Assembly: GCA_018608705.1 (NCBI GenBank)
Contig: JABAZD010000046.1
Span: 60,603-124,602 of the forward strand
Direction: 5' to 3'
DNA from: Flavobacteriaceae bacterium
GTDB taxonomy: Bacteria; Bacteroidota; Bacteroidia; Flavobacteriales; Flavobacteriaceae
DNA length: 64,000 nucleotides
Part shown: positions 1 to 10,600 of the stretch, one piece after another
Layout: every line of letters begins with the position of its first letter
How positions within the stretch are numbered: position 1 is the stretch's first letter
Notes under the pieces: generated by a model
What the model was told of the DNA's origin: nothing
Seen by the model: the letters and a program-made list of their open reading frames with translations, nothing else
Database searches by the model: none
Made by a program: the position numbers and the translations under genes

Positions 1-213
1 GATTTGATGGTAAGCAATGAAAACCATTTCATCAGGAAGATTCGTACGTTGAATCTGTAGCCCTAATAGGGCATCAGTGTGAATATAGTCCCAATAGGTT
101 ATAGAATTACTGTGTAATAAACCTTTAAGATGTGTATCACGATCTTGGTTAATTAATTTGTATTTGGCGTCAAGTTCCTGTAATAATTTATCTGCTATAG
201 GTTTATCTTTCAT
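1..213 (-). CDS. kynA: Tryptophan 2,3-dioxygenase family protein, 5' part only (runs off window start; not in ORF track)
   Basis: Manual translation from ATG at 213 gives MKDKPIADKLL...TYWDYIHTDALLGLQ...PDEMVFIAYHQI, open to base 1. This matches the TDO N-terminal Y-x-DY..LL..Q and E-x-x-F-I-x-x-HQ motifs. Confidence 0.8.
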   Translation of the reverse strand, partial: MKDKPIADKLLQELDAKYKLINQDRDTHLKGLLHSNSITYWDYIHTDALLGLQIQRTNLPDEMVFIAYHQI

Positions 214-217
214 TTTT

Positions 218-994
218 TTAAAATTGGATTTCGAAAGGGTGCTTAAGTCCTCTTAAAGCGACTAGGTCCGCTCTTAACGAGCCCACATCAAGGTTTGCAC
301 TAATCTTAACTGGAATTTTATTTGCGTCTGCTGTAACCCACAGCGTTAAACTTTCTTCATCTTTAAAAACACGCCCTGCCATTACATAAGGTCTGAACTT
401 TATACATTTAATCTTTCCAAAACTTGTTTTAATTGATTCCTGACCTAAAAACTTTAGTTTAAATGGAAAAGTTTCGCTGTCAAAAAAAACATTTAATTTA
501 ACAATATCTCCTTTTTTTAATAATTCTGTTTCGTAATTATTTCTAAGAAAATAATAGGCAGATACAAGGTCTTGGATGTCATTTTTAATATTAACTGAAG
601 ATTTTGATTGCTCTTTAATGTCGTTAATATACGCTTTGTTCTGTTTACGATCGAAATCAATAATTCGGTTTTTGGTGTAGCCGCCTTCGTAAGTATTTCT
701 AACAAACTTATATGGCAGTCCTGTATGCAGATCAAAATGACTTTCATAATGGTCCTTAACTTTATAAAATAAGTCTAAAGGCCCAGTAGTCCATCCTTTT
801 GCAACAACCTTATAAACAGGTGTTTTTTTATAAACATCATCAAAAACTTCAAGAGTGGCGTTGCCGCCCTTTAACCATCCGCTATAGCTCAGTTTGAATT
901 TCAGCCATTCGCCAGCCTGAAATGAAGATGTACCTTGTGCTGCTAAAAACTGATAGCAAAATAAAAATAGGAAAATTAATCTAAATTTTTTCAT
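218..994 (-). CDS. DUF3108 domain exported protein
   Basis: Signal peptide; GE-x-L-x-F start; beta-rich; C-terminal LWVTAD-x-NKIPVKI pattern typical of DUF3108. Confidence 0.7.
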   Translation of the reverse strand: MKKFRLIFLFLFCYQFLAAQGTSSFQAGEWLKFKLSYSGWLKGGNATLEVFDDVYKKTPVYKVVAKGWTTGPLDLFYKVKDHYESHFDLHTGLPYKFVRNTYEGGYTKNRIIDFDRKQNKAYINDIKEQSKSSVNIKNDIQDLVSAYYFLRNNYETELLKKGDIVKLNVFFDSETFPFKLKFLGQESIKTSFGKIKCIKFRPYVMAGRVFKDEESLTLWVTADANKIPVKISANLDVGSLRADLVALRGLKHPFEIQF

Positions 995-1118
995 GTTGAG
1001 TTGAGACCATATTACTTACATAACATTTACAAATTTGCAATTATTATTTGAGACAATAAAATGAATCCATAATAAGAATTTATAAATATATCTAAGACTA
1101 ACTTTTCATCCATTAGCA

Positions 1119-3341
1119 CTAAAACCAATACCCAAAATTAATAAGATATGCAGAGTAACTTGTGTCTGGACTCCAATTATATTTTATCTCAATAGGGCCA
1201 AAGAAAGTTTCAAGTCCATATCCGACAGAGTATCCACTATAATTTAGAACTTCCATCCATTCACTCTCTAAAAAAATATTATCTCCAATGTTAGCAAAGT
1301 TTAGAGACGCATTAATGTGATGGTTGTTAAATAACTCATAATCAATAGTCGCATATGTTTTTGTGAAGCTATCACCCGATAATGAGAAGTAATCATATCC
1401 AAAAAATGAAAAATAATTATTTATATTGTTATATGCGTAGCCTCCTAAACCAAAATCAAGGGACTTTATTTTTGTGCTTCCTATTTTAACTCCAGACTGA
1501 GCTCCAAAAACAAATGACCAATTTTCAAAAACACTAAATGCCTTTGCAATATTTAGTTTTAAATATGAAAACTGGGAATTATCTGCATTCATTCCAGTAG
1601 AAGAAAGAAAAAGCTGAGCATTCCCTTCAACAAATGTTCCGGTTTTTGGATAAAACTTATCATCAAAAGTGTCAAACTTGATAGCTCCAATCATACTAAA
1701 AAAGTTACTATCTTCAAAAACATATGAATCCGTATTAAGCTGTAACGGGTTAAAGAAATTATCTTTTGATGAGATCTTTAGCTTTTTAAGCTCTACTCCA
1801 ACTTTAATTGATAAATCTTTTTGAACTAAAGTCTCTATGAAAAATTGGTTTGTTAAATCTGATATGGACACGTCGACCTTTTCAGAACCTGCAAAATCGT
1901 TATTATTAAAAAACGAAGGGTTTATATTGTCCTTAATTAAATTGTAATTTGAGTTAACTCCAATACTCCAATAAAAACCTTTATCTATATAATAGTCAAA
2001 ATTGTACCTGGGGGAATCTCCAAATATAAAGTCTATTGACAAGACATCGTTTTTTAATAAAAGTTGCTTTTTTGTTAAGTTTAGTAATACAGCACTATTA
2101 AAAAGTTGATCATAATGCAATCCAAATCTGATAAAAGCCGTGTTTTTAGCCTCGACTAACTGGGCATTAAAATCATAACGATCTCCAATTGGAGTGAATT
2201 TATACAAAAAACTATCAAAATTATTTGTTGCTACTAAATTGTTGACCCCTTTCCCTACGTCTTCATAGCTTATAGTTTCCCCGTTTCTAAACCTAAGTTT
2301 ACCTCTAACATAAGAAGATGTATATTTTTCGAGTCCGGATACTCTTATTTTTTTTATGTTGATTTCATTATAATTGGGCAACTCTAAGGATATTTTTTTA
2401 AATTCTTGTGCATTTGCAATAGAACTTAACTTGTCTAAGAATCTTAAAGCTTCTTTTTGGCCCTCTTCAATGATTTGCTCACTTTCGTTAAATGAAATTA
2501 TTGAGAAATCGGTAACGTCAGGTTTGATATAAATATCTGATAATCTTGACTTTTCCTTTAAGTTTTCTAAAGCTCTAAAATTATTAATTTGAAGCATAAT
2601 GTTGGAAGCTGAGTTAAGATCTTCGTGCTGAAAAAGATCATCTTGAACATCAACTCCAATTATATAATCTAAGTTTTTTGTCAATAATCCTTCAATTGGA
2701 AAATTATTTGTTATACCTCCATCCATCAATAATTTATTTTCTAATTTGACAGGCTGAAATAGAGTTGGTAGGGCACTACTAGCTGCGATAGCCTGTGCTA
2801 AATTTCCTTTATCTAGAACAACTTGTTCTCCAGTTTGAATGTCTGTAGCAATACAATAAAATGGAATCGGTAGCTTTTGAAAATTATCAATCCCACTAAC
2901 ACCTATTGTTAATTTCGATAACAAATTAAATACATTTTGGCCCTTAGAGATTGAAGATGGCAACTGTATTTTAAACTTATTAAATGGCAGAGTTAACGCA
3001 TACTTTTCAGCATTTTTTCTTTCGTAAAATGTTTTTGAATTTCTAGGCACTTTATCGCTTATCAATAGTTCAAAACTAGTAGATCTAACAATAGAATCTA
3101 ACTGATTGCCAGTGTAACCAGAGGCATATAATGCTCCAACTACTGCCCCCATACTTGTCCCAGCTACATAGTCGACACGTACACCCAGACTATCTAATGT
3201 TTTTAACACCCCTATATGAGCCAAGCCTTTAGCCCCACCCCCACTGAGCACTAAACCTACAAGGGGGTTATCTCTTTTTTTTTCTTGAGAAAAACCAGAA
3301 GAAAAAATAAATACAAAAACTAAAATGAATAATTTATTCAC
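1119..3341 (-). CDS. Patatin-like phospholipase with POTRA and outer-membrane beta-barrel (PlpD-like)
   Basis: LSGGGAKG, GTSMG and DGG patatin motifs; C-terminal barrel ending in aromatic GYWF. Confidence 0.85.
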   Translation of the reverse strand: MNKLFILVFVFIFSSGFSQEKKRDNPLVGLVLSGGGAKGLAHIGVLKTLDSLGVRVDYVAGTSMGAVVGALYASGYTGNQLDSIVRSTSFELLISDKVPRNSKTFYERKNAEKYALTLPFNKFKIQLPSSISKGQNVFNLLSKLTIGVSGIDNFQKLPIPFYCIATDIQTGEQVVLDKGNLAQAIAASSALPTLFQPVKLENKLLMDGGITNNFPIEGLLTKNLDYIIGVDVQDDLFQHEDLNSASNIMLQINNFRALENLKEKSRLSDIYIKPDVTDFSIISFNESEQIIEEGQKEALRFLDKLSSIANAQEFKKISLELPNYNEINIKKIRVSGLEKYTSSYVRGKLRFRNGETISYEDVGKGVNNLVATNNFDSFLYKFTPIGDRYDFNAQLVEAKNTAFIRFGLHYDQLFNSAVLLNLTKKQLLLKNDVLSIDFIFGDSPRYNFDYYIDKGFYWSIGVNSNYNLIKDNINPSFFNNNDFAGSEKVDVSISDLTNQFFIETLVQKDLSIKVGVELKKLKISSKDNFFNPLQLNTDSYVFEDSNFFSMIGAIKFDTFDDKFYPKTGTFVEGNAQLFLSSTGMNADNSQFSYLKLNIAKAFSVFENWSFVFGAQSGVKIGSTKIKSLDFGLGGYAYNNINNYFSFFGYDYFSLSGDSFTKTYATIDYELFNNHHINASLNFANIGDNIFLESEWMEVLNYSGYSVGYGLETFFGPIEIKYNWSPDTSYSAYLINFGYWF

Positions 3342-5136
3342 GCGGATTATTTTGATAATAATTATAAATAATTAAAGCTTTTGAAGCTCCCACTACATGT
3401 TCTAATTCATCAAGTTTAGCGAATGAAACGCGCTGAACAGATTTAAACTTTTTTAGCAACTCTAAGATTGTTTTCTGACCAATCCCAACTATAGATTCTA
3501 ATTCAGAATTTAAGGCTGTTTTGCTTCGTTTATTTCGGTGATGCTCAATCCCAAATCGATGAGCCTCATTTCTAAGTTGCTGAATAATTTTAAGTGTTTC
3601 ACTTTTTTTATCTAAATATAAAGGAATTGGATCACCTGGATAGTATAATTCTTCTAAACGTTTTGCAATTCCAATAATTGCTATTTTGCCTCGTAGCTTT
3701 AAGGCTTCTAAACTCTTTAAAGATGCGGATAATTGTCCTTTGCCTCCATCAATTATTACTAACTGTGGTAGTGGCTTGTTTTCCTTTAATAAGCGCTTAT
3801 AGCGTCTGTAAACAACTTCAGTCATTGAAGCAAAATCGTCTGGTCCTTCAACGGATTTGATGTTAAAATGACGGTATTCTTTTTTACTAGGTTTGCCATT
3901 TTTAAAAACCACACAAGCAGCTACAGGATGTGTACCTTGAATATTTGAGTTGTCAAAACACTCTATGTGTGTGGGTATTTCTGAAAGTCTAAGGTCTGAT
4001 TTCATTTGGGCCATAATACGTCCTTCGTGCCGCTCAGGGTCTGTAATTTTAATTTGTTTTAATTGATCCAAGCGATGGTATTTAGCATTACGTATTGACA
4101 ACTCCATTAACTTTTTTTTATCCCCTACCTTAGGAATTGTAATTTTAAAATCAGGGCCTAAATCCACTTCAAAAGGCACGTATAATTCATTAGATTCTAG
4201 AGAAAATCTTTGACGAATTTCTGTAATAGCAAGTTCCAACAAGTTTTGATCGCTTTCTTGAAGTTTCTTTTTAATTTCCAATGTATGAGAACGGATAATT
4301 GCACCATGTGATAGTTGTAAAAAATTTACATACGCAAAACCCTCATCACTAACTATACTAAAAACATCTACATTGCTAATCTTTGGGTTTACAATCGTTG
4401 ATTTAGCCTGGTAGTTTTCTAAGATTTGTAATTTTTCTTTCAAAGATTGAGCCGCCTCAAACTCCTGTCTATCAGCATATGATTTCATTTGAATTTTAAA
4501 AACGTTTATAGAATTCTTGAAATTACCTTTTAAAATTTCACGAATCGTTATTATATTATCTTGATAAGAAGATTCGTGTTCTTTAGCTTCACAAGCTCCT
4601 TTGCAATTTCCTAAATGATATTCTAAACAGACCTTGTATTTACGGCTGTCAATTTTTTCCTCAGAAAGATCGTACTTGCAAGTTCTTAGAGGAAAAAGAC
4701 CTTTTATAAGATCCAAAAGTGTGTATACGGTCTTAATACTGGTGTAGGGACCAAAATATTCAGATCCATCTTTTATTAACCGACGTGTATGAAACACCCT
4801 AGGGAAACGCTCATTTTTTATACAAATCCATGGGTAGGACTTATCGTCTTTTAAAAGTACATTATAGCGGGGTTGGTACTTCTTAATTAAATTGTTTTCT
4901 AATAGTAATGCATCCGTTTCACTTTCGACAACAATATGTCTAATATCAATAATTTTTTTTACTAGAACGTTTGTCTTTCCATAATCATGAACTTTATTAA
5001 AATAAGATCGAACTCTATTTTTTAGGTTCTTAGCTTTACCGACATAAATCACTGCACCTGAAGAATCATAAAACTGATAAACGCCAGGTGTATTTGGTAA
5101 GGTTTGTAATTGAATTTCAATACTAGAGATACTCAT
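3334..5136 (-). CDS. uvrC: Excinuclease ABC subunit C
   Basis: GIY-YIG (PGVYQF, YVGKAKNL), ECFDNS, IDGGKGQL, RNEAHRF, C-terminal HhH. Confidence 0.97.
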   Translation of the reverse strand: MSISSIEIQLQTLPNTPGVYQFYDSSGAVIYVGKAKNLKNRVRSYFNKVHDYGKTNVLVKKIIDIRHIVVESETDALLLENNLIKKYQPRYNVLLKDDKSYPWICIKNERFPRVFHTRRLIKDGSEYFGPYTSIKTVYTLLDLIKGLFPLRTCKYDLSEEKIDSRKYKVCLEYHLGNCKGACEAKEHESSYQDNIITIREILKGNFKNSINVFKIQMKSYADRQEFEAAQSLKEKLQILENYQAKSTIVNPKISNVDVFSIVSDEGFAYVNFLQLSHGAIIRSHTLEIKKKLQESDQNLLELAITEIRQRFSLESNELYVPFEVDLGPDFKITIPKVGDKKKLMELSIRNAKYHRLDQLKQIKITDPERHEGRIMAQMKSDLRLSEIPTHIECFDNSNIQGTHPVAACVVFKNGKPSKKEYRHFNIKSVEGPDDFASMTEVVYRRYKRLLKENKPLPQLVIIDGGKGQLSASLKSLEALKLRGKIAIIGIAKRLEELYYPGDPIPLYLDKKSETLKIIQQLRNEAHRFGIEHHRNKRSKTALNSELESIVGIGQKTILELLKKFKSVQRVSFAKLDELEHVVGASKALIIYNYYQNNPRE

Positions 5137-5141
5137 TAATT

Positions 5142-5149
5142 CAAAGGTA
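5142..5149 (-). promoter_or_regulatory. Bacteroidota -7 promoter element TACCTTTG for uvrC
   Basis: Matches TAnnTTTG consensus; ends 5 nt before the ATG. Confidence 0.6.
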
Positions 5150-5222
5150 TATTAATTCAGACGATTGTAAAAGTTGAATTTGCATTTTTACTATCTTGCA
5201 GGTGTAAAACACATTAAATGTC

Positions 5223-6098
5223 ATGAATATTGTAATATTATCACGTAATAAAGAGCTCTATTCAACCAGAAGATTGGTTGAGGAGGCTGAAAAAAGAAAC
5301 CACTTTGTTGAAGTAATAGACCCTTTAAATTGTGACTTAATTATTGAAAACGAAAAGCCAACTATATTATACAAGGACAAATATCTCGACTATGTAGATG
5401 CAATTATTCCGCGGATTGGAGCCTCAGTAACCTTTTATGGATGTGCAGTTGTTAGGCAGTTTGAAATGATGAATGTGTTTTCATCTGTTTCATCGGACGC
5501 CATTGTAAGGTCTAGAGATAAGCTCCGAAGCTATCAACGTCTTTCCAAGGCAGGAGTTGACATGCCAAAGACAGTGTTTACTCATTATTCTAAAGATATT
5601 GAAAATCTTATTGTGAAAGTAGGAGGCACACCTGTTGTAATAAAACTACTGGAAGGGACTCAAGGAATCGGAGTGATTTTAGCAGAAACAAATATTGCTG
5701 CAGAGTCTATTCTTGAAGCTTTTAATGGACTTGAAGCTAGAGCTTTGATTCAAGAATACATCGGGGAGGCAAAAGGTGCAGACATCAGGGCTCTAATAAT
5801 TGATAATCGTGTAGTGGGTGCAATGAAACGACAAGGGAAAGAGGGGGAGTTTAGATCAAACTTGCACAGAGGGGGAACCTATAAACAGTGTAAGTTAAGT
5901 GAAGAGGAAATAAGGATTGCCCTCAAAGCTGCTCGTGAACTGAAGTTGTCGATCTGCGGAGTTGATTTATTACAATCCAATAGGGGTCCTTTAATTATGG
6001 AAATTAATTCGACTCCTGGACTTGAGGGCATCGAAGGTGCTTCCAAAAAAAATATAGCACAATCTATTATAACCTATATTGAAAGAAATGGACGTTAA
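5223..6098 (+). CDS. rimK: RimK-family ATP-grasp alpha-L-glutamate ligase
   Basis: [55 protein letters not shown]. Confidence 0.9.
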   Translation: MNIVILSRNKELYSTRRLVEEAEKRNHFVEVIDPLNCDLIIENEKPTILYKDKYLDYVDAIIPRIGASVTFYGCAVVRQFEMMNVFSSVSSDAIVRSRDKLRSYQRLSKAGVDMPKTVFTHYSKDIENLIVKVGGTPVVIKLLEGTQGIGVILAETNIAAESILEAFNGLEARALIQEYIGEAKGADIRALIIDNRVVGAMKRQGKEGEFRSNLHRGGTYKQCKLSEEEIRIALKAARELKLSICGVDLLQSNRGPLIMEINSTPGLEGIEGASKKNIAQSIITYIERNGR

Positions 6099-6117
6099 TA
6101 ATATTAAAACAAAATAA

Positions 6118-6684
6118 GTGTTAAACAAAAAACACCTAAGGGCAGAAATAAAACAACGTCGTCATAATTTAAGTTCGGAAGAAATTGAAGACTTTAGTCT
6201 TCAAATATCTAACTTAATTATTAACCTTCCGATTTGGGAATACTCGTTTTATCATACTTTTTTGAGTATAAAATCTCTTAAAGAGGTGAATACAGAGCCT
6301 CTCTTGGCGATACTATTTGGGAAAGACAAAAACATTGTTGTCTCAAAAACTAATTTTGAGACGCGTACAATGTCCCATATATTATTACAAGATAATACCA
6401 TATTGAAATTAAACCCTCAAAATATTCCAGAACCAGATGATGGAATTGAAATAAGCAGTAAGCAGATCGAAGTCGTATTTGTTCCTTTAATGGCATTTGA
6501 TGAACTAGGTAATCGAGTTGGCTACGGTAAGGGGTTCTATGATATATTCTTGAAAAAATGCTCCAAGAATACTTTAAAAATTGGACTTTCTTTTTTTGAA
6601 GCTGAAAACTTTATCATTGAAAACACTTCTCACGATGTTGCTTTGGATTATTGTATAACTCCAAATCAGGTATATTCTTTTTAA
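6118..6684 (+). CDS. ygfA: 5-formyltetrahydrofolate cyclo-ligase
   Basis: VPLMAFD, RVGYGKGFYD, HDVALD; GTG start. Confidence 0.9.
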   Translation: MLNKKHLRAEIKQRRHNLSSEEIEDFSLQISNLIINLPIWEYSFYHTFLSIKSLKEVNTEPLLAILFGKDKNIVVSKTNFETRTMSHILLQDNTILKLNPQNIPEPDDGIEISSKQIEVVFVPLMAFDELGNRVGYGKGFYDIFLKKCSKNTLKIGLSFFEAENFIIENTSHDVALDYCITPNQVYSF

Positions 6685-6688
6685 TCAA

Positions 6689-7306
6689 TTATTCTTTTGA
6701 AAACACTTTTTTGTTAAAGAATAAAAGAAACCCTATTCCAGTACTTATAGCCACATCAGCAATATTAAATACAGGGTCAAAGAACGAAAAGTATTGGCCT
6801 CCAACGAATGGAATCCACTGAGGTAAGGCTCCTTTAAACATTGGAAAGTATAACATGTCTACTACATTTCCATAAAACAAGCCACTGTAGCCATTTGAAG
6901 GAAAAAATGATGCAATTTTACCTGAACTACTATCAAAAAAAAGACCATAAAAAACTGAATCTATTATATTTCCTAACGCACCCGAAAAAACCAATGTAAT
7001 CGAAATAATCAGTACTTTAGAGGCCTGTTTTTGAATACTTTGAAACAACCAGTAACCAATTCCACAAACTGCAAATAACCTGAAAATTGACAAGAATAGC
7101 TTTGCATTTGAGTCAGTAATATAAGAAGAGATATCACTTAATTTAGCACCCCAAGCCATACCTTCATTTTCAATAAAAAAAATTTTGAACCAATCAAAAA
7201 CTATGAGCTCTTGCCCTAACTCAAAGTGGGTTTTAATATATATTTTTGAGGCTTGATCAAAAAATAGAATGATCGCTATTAATAAGAGTACCTGTTTCTT
7301 GGACAT
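6689..7306 (-). CDS. lspA: Lipoprotein signal peptidase II
   Basis: DQASK, NEGMAWG, GALGNIIDS, VVDML, FNIAD. Start placed at ATG 7306, just after the dksA-like stop, instead of 7333. Confidence 0.92.
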   Translation of the reverse strand: MSKKQVLLLIAIILFFDQASKIYIKTHFELGQELIVFDWFKIFFIENEGMAWGAKLSDISSYITDSNAKLFLSIFRLFAVCGIGYWLFQSIQKQASKVLIISITLVFSGALGNIIDSVFYGLFFDSSSGKIASFFPSNGYSGLFYGNVVDMLYFPMFKGALPQWIPFVGGQYFSFFDPVFNIADVAISTGIGFLLFFNKKVFSKE

Positions 7307-7307
7307 G

Positions 7308-7691
7308 TTATTTTTGCATGTTCTTTGCTTCAATACTCAATGTTGCATGTGGAACTAGCTCTAAACGTTTTTTATTAATTAACTTTGCTGTAACTCTACA
7401 AATTCCATAAGTTTTATTTTCGATCCTAATCAATGCATTTTTTAAGTCTCTAATAAACTTCTCTTGTCGTATCGCTAACTGGGAATTTGACTCCTTACTC
7501 ATTACCTGACTACCTTCATCAAATGCTTTGAATGTTGGAGATGTATCTTCAGTACCATTATTATGGTCGTTCATATAAGCACTTTTAATTAATTCTAAAT
7601 CATGCTGAGCTTTATCTATTTTTTGATGAATAATAGTTCTGAATTTTTCCAAATCTTTATCAGAGTATCTACTTGTATTTTCTATTGACAT
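7308..7691 (-). CDS. TraR/DksA family protein with degenerate Zn finger
   Basis: Coiled coil then ALIRIENKTYGIC...RLELVPHATLSIEAK. Confidence 0.85.
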   Translation of the reverse strand: MSIENTSRYSDKDLEKFRTIIHQKIDKAQHDLELIKSAYMNDHNNGTEDTSPTFKAFDEGSQVMSKESNSQLAIRQEKFIRDLKNALIRIENKTYGICRVTAKLINKKRLELVPHATLSIEAKNMQK

Positions 7692-7693
7692 AA

Positions 7694-10600
7694 TTACTTA
7701 AATTTTTGGATGTGCAACTTACTGTTAACTGCGTCAAAGGAAATTTCAATACCTTTATCTAGTTGCGGCACTAACTGTAAATTATCCGTTAATGTTTCTA
7801 TTTTTATATAATCTAAATTTAATCTTATAGCATCTTCAAGACTTTCATCTACCTGTAAAAAAACCTCTATTCGATCTGTTACTCGAAAGCCAGAATCTTT
7901 TCTTAAGTTTTGAATTCTATTAACCAGTTCTCTGGCAATACCTTCTGCTTTAAGCGTGTCCGAAATAGTAACATCTAAGGCTACAGTGACTGCGCCTTGA
8001 TTTGCAACTAACCAGCCTTCAATGTCTTGAGAGGTTATCTCTACATCATCAGATTGTAATCTAATACTTTTCCCATTAATTTCAATCTCCAAAACACCTT
8101 TTTCTTCAATTTCTTTAATATCCTGCTCTTGAAGTTTTTGGATAGCATTCGAAATTAACTTCATGTCTTTGCCAAAACGAGGACCTAGAGCCTTAAAGTT
8201 GGGTTTAATTTGTTTAACTAGTATATCAGATGCATCTTCAAGAAGCTCAACTTCTTTTACATTAACTTCGTGCTTAACCAGATCAGAGATGGCTAGGATT
8301 TCTTCTCTTTGAACAGAAGAATTCACTGGAATCATTATCTTTTGTAAGGGCTGTCTAACTTTAATTTTTTCTTTGGCGCGTAAAGAAAGTACAAGTGATG
8401 AAATTGTTTGCGCTTGACCCATTTTTCTCTCCAGATCTTTATTGATAAGTGAAGCGTCTACCAAAGGGAAATCAGCTAAATGTATGCTTTCTAAAGCTTC
8501 CTTGTTTGTGACTGAATTCAAATCCAAATATAAACGATCCATAAAGAAAGGAGCTATAGGCGCCCCTAACTTAGCTATGGTAACCATACAAGTATATAAG
8601 GTCTGATATGCTGATATTTTGTCGTGTTCATATTCTCCTTTCCAAAAACGTCTTCTACTCAATCTAACATACCAATTACTTAAATACTCTTGAGTAAATT
8701 CAGAAATAGCACGTGCTGCTTTTGTAGGTTCATATTCTGCATAAAAGGTATCGACTTTTTCTACTAATGAGTTTAGTTCTGAAAGAATCCAACGGTCTAT
8801 TTCTGGACGCTCCTCGGTTTTAATATTTAGTTCTGAATAAGAAAATTTATCGATATTAGCGTATAGAGTAAAAAATGTATATGTATTGTAAAGTGTTCCA
8901 AAAAACTTACGCTTTACTTCTTCAATGCCATCTATATCAAATTTTAAATTATCCCATGGATTAGAATTACTAATCATATACCAACGAGTGGCATCTGGAC
9001 CATAAGTTGATAGGGTGTCAAAAGGATCCGTAGCATTGCCAAGGCGTTTAGACATTTTTTGTCCGTTCTTATCTAACACCAGACCATTGGAAACTACATT
9101 TTTATAAGCTACAGAGTCAAAAACCATAGTTCCAATCGCATGAAGAGTGTAAAACCACCCGCGTGTTTGGTCAACACCCTCAGCGATAAAATCAGCTGGA
9201 AATGCCTTGCTTTGGTCGATAATATTTTTGTTTTCAAATGGGTAATGCCATTGAGCATAAGGCATGCTACCAGAGTCAAACCAAACATCAATTAAATCAC
9301 TTTCCCTTCGCATAGGTTTTCCAGAAACAGATACTAGAATAATGGAGTCTACTATGTTTTTGTGCAAGTCAATCTTTGAATAATTTTTATTAGAATAGTC
9401 ACCTACTATGAAATCCTCAAAAATAGGCTTTTCAAGCACACCTGCGTTCACAGCTTTTCCCATTTCAAATTTAAGTTCTTCAACAGAACCTATGCAAATT
9501 TCTTCTTTACCATCTTCAGTTCTCCAAATTGGAAGTGGAATCCCCCAATATCGGGAACGGGAAAGGTTCCAGTCATTTGCATTAGCTAACCAATTTCCAA
9601 AACGACCTTCGCCAGTACTTTTTGGTTTCCAATTAATTGTTTTATTGAGCTCAAACATACGCTCTTTTACGTCAGTTACTTTTATAAACCAAGAGTCAAG
9701 CGGATAATATAAAATTGGTTTATCAGTTCGCCAACAGTTAGGATAACTATGTTTATACTTTTCAACTTTAAATGCTTTATTTTCTGTCTTTAACTTGATT
9801 GCTAGCTCAACATCAACAGATTTTTCAGGAGCTTTACCTTGAGGGTAGTATTCATTTTTAACATATCGACCTGCAAATTCAGATACTTCGGGCCTAAAGC
9901 GACCTTGTAAATCAACAAGTGGCACCAAATTTCCATCACTATCTTTAACCAATAGTGGCGGTATTTCTGGGGTTGCTTGCTTAGCAACAGTCGCATCATC
10001 GGCGCCAAAAGTTGGAGCTGTATGAACAATACCCGTACCATCTTCGGTCGTTACAAAGTCACCTGAAATAATTCGAAACGCATTTTCTGGATTGTCATTA
10101 GGCAATGCATAATCCAATAATTGCTCATAAAAAATACCTACTAAATCTTTTCCAAGAAATGAGTTTCCGATAAAAAATGGAATATTTTTATCTGATGGAC
10201 AGTAGCTTATTAGCTCTTCATCTGAATCTACTTGTTTAAATTTACCACTGAATTGTTTACTAATAAGGGCTTTTGCAATAACAACGCTAGCAGCTTTATA
10301 AGTGTACTGATTATATGTTTTTACAAGAACATATTCAATTTTTGGGCCAACTGTTAAGGCAGTATTGCTAGGTAATGTCCATGGAGTAGTCGTCCATGCT
10401 AAGAACAATATAGATCCTTGATTTTGTAAGAATGGTGGAAGTGACCCCTGAACAGCTTTAAACTGGGCTACAATAGTAGTATCAGTAACGTCTTGATAAG
10501 TTCCTGGCTGATTTAATTCGTGAGAGCTTAACCCCGTTCCAGCTTTAGGTGAATAGGGCTGAATGGTGTAGCCCTTATAAATAAGGTTCTTATTATAGAT

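Noticed and set aside
3275-3283. A9 homopolymer near the patatin 5' end as a phase-variation site
   Set aside because: In frame, and such runs are common in AT-rich DNA
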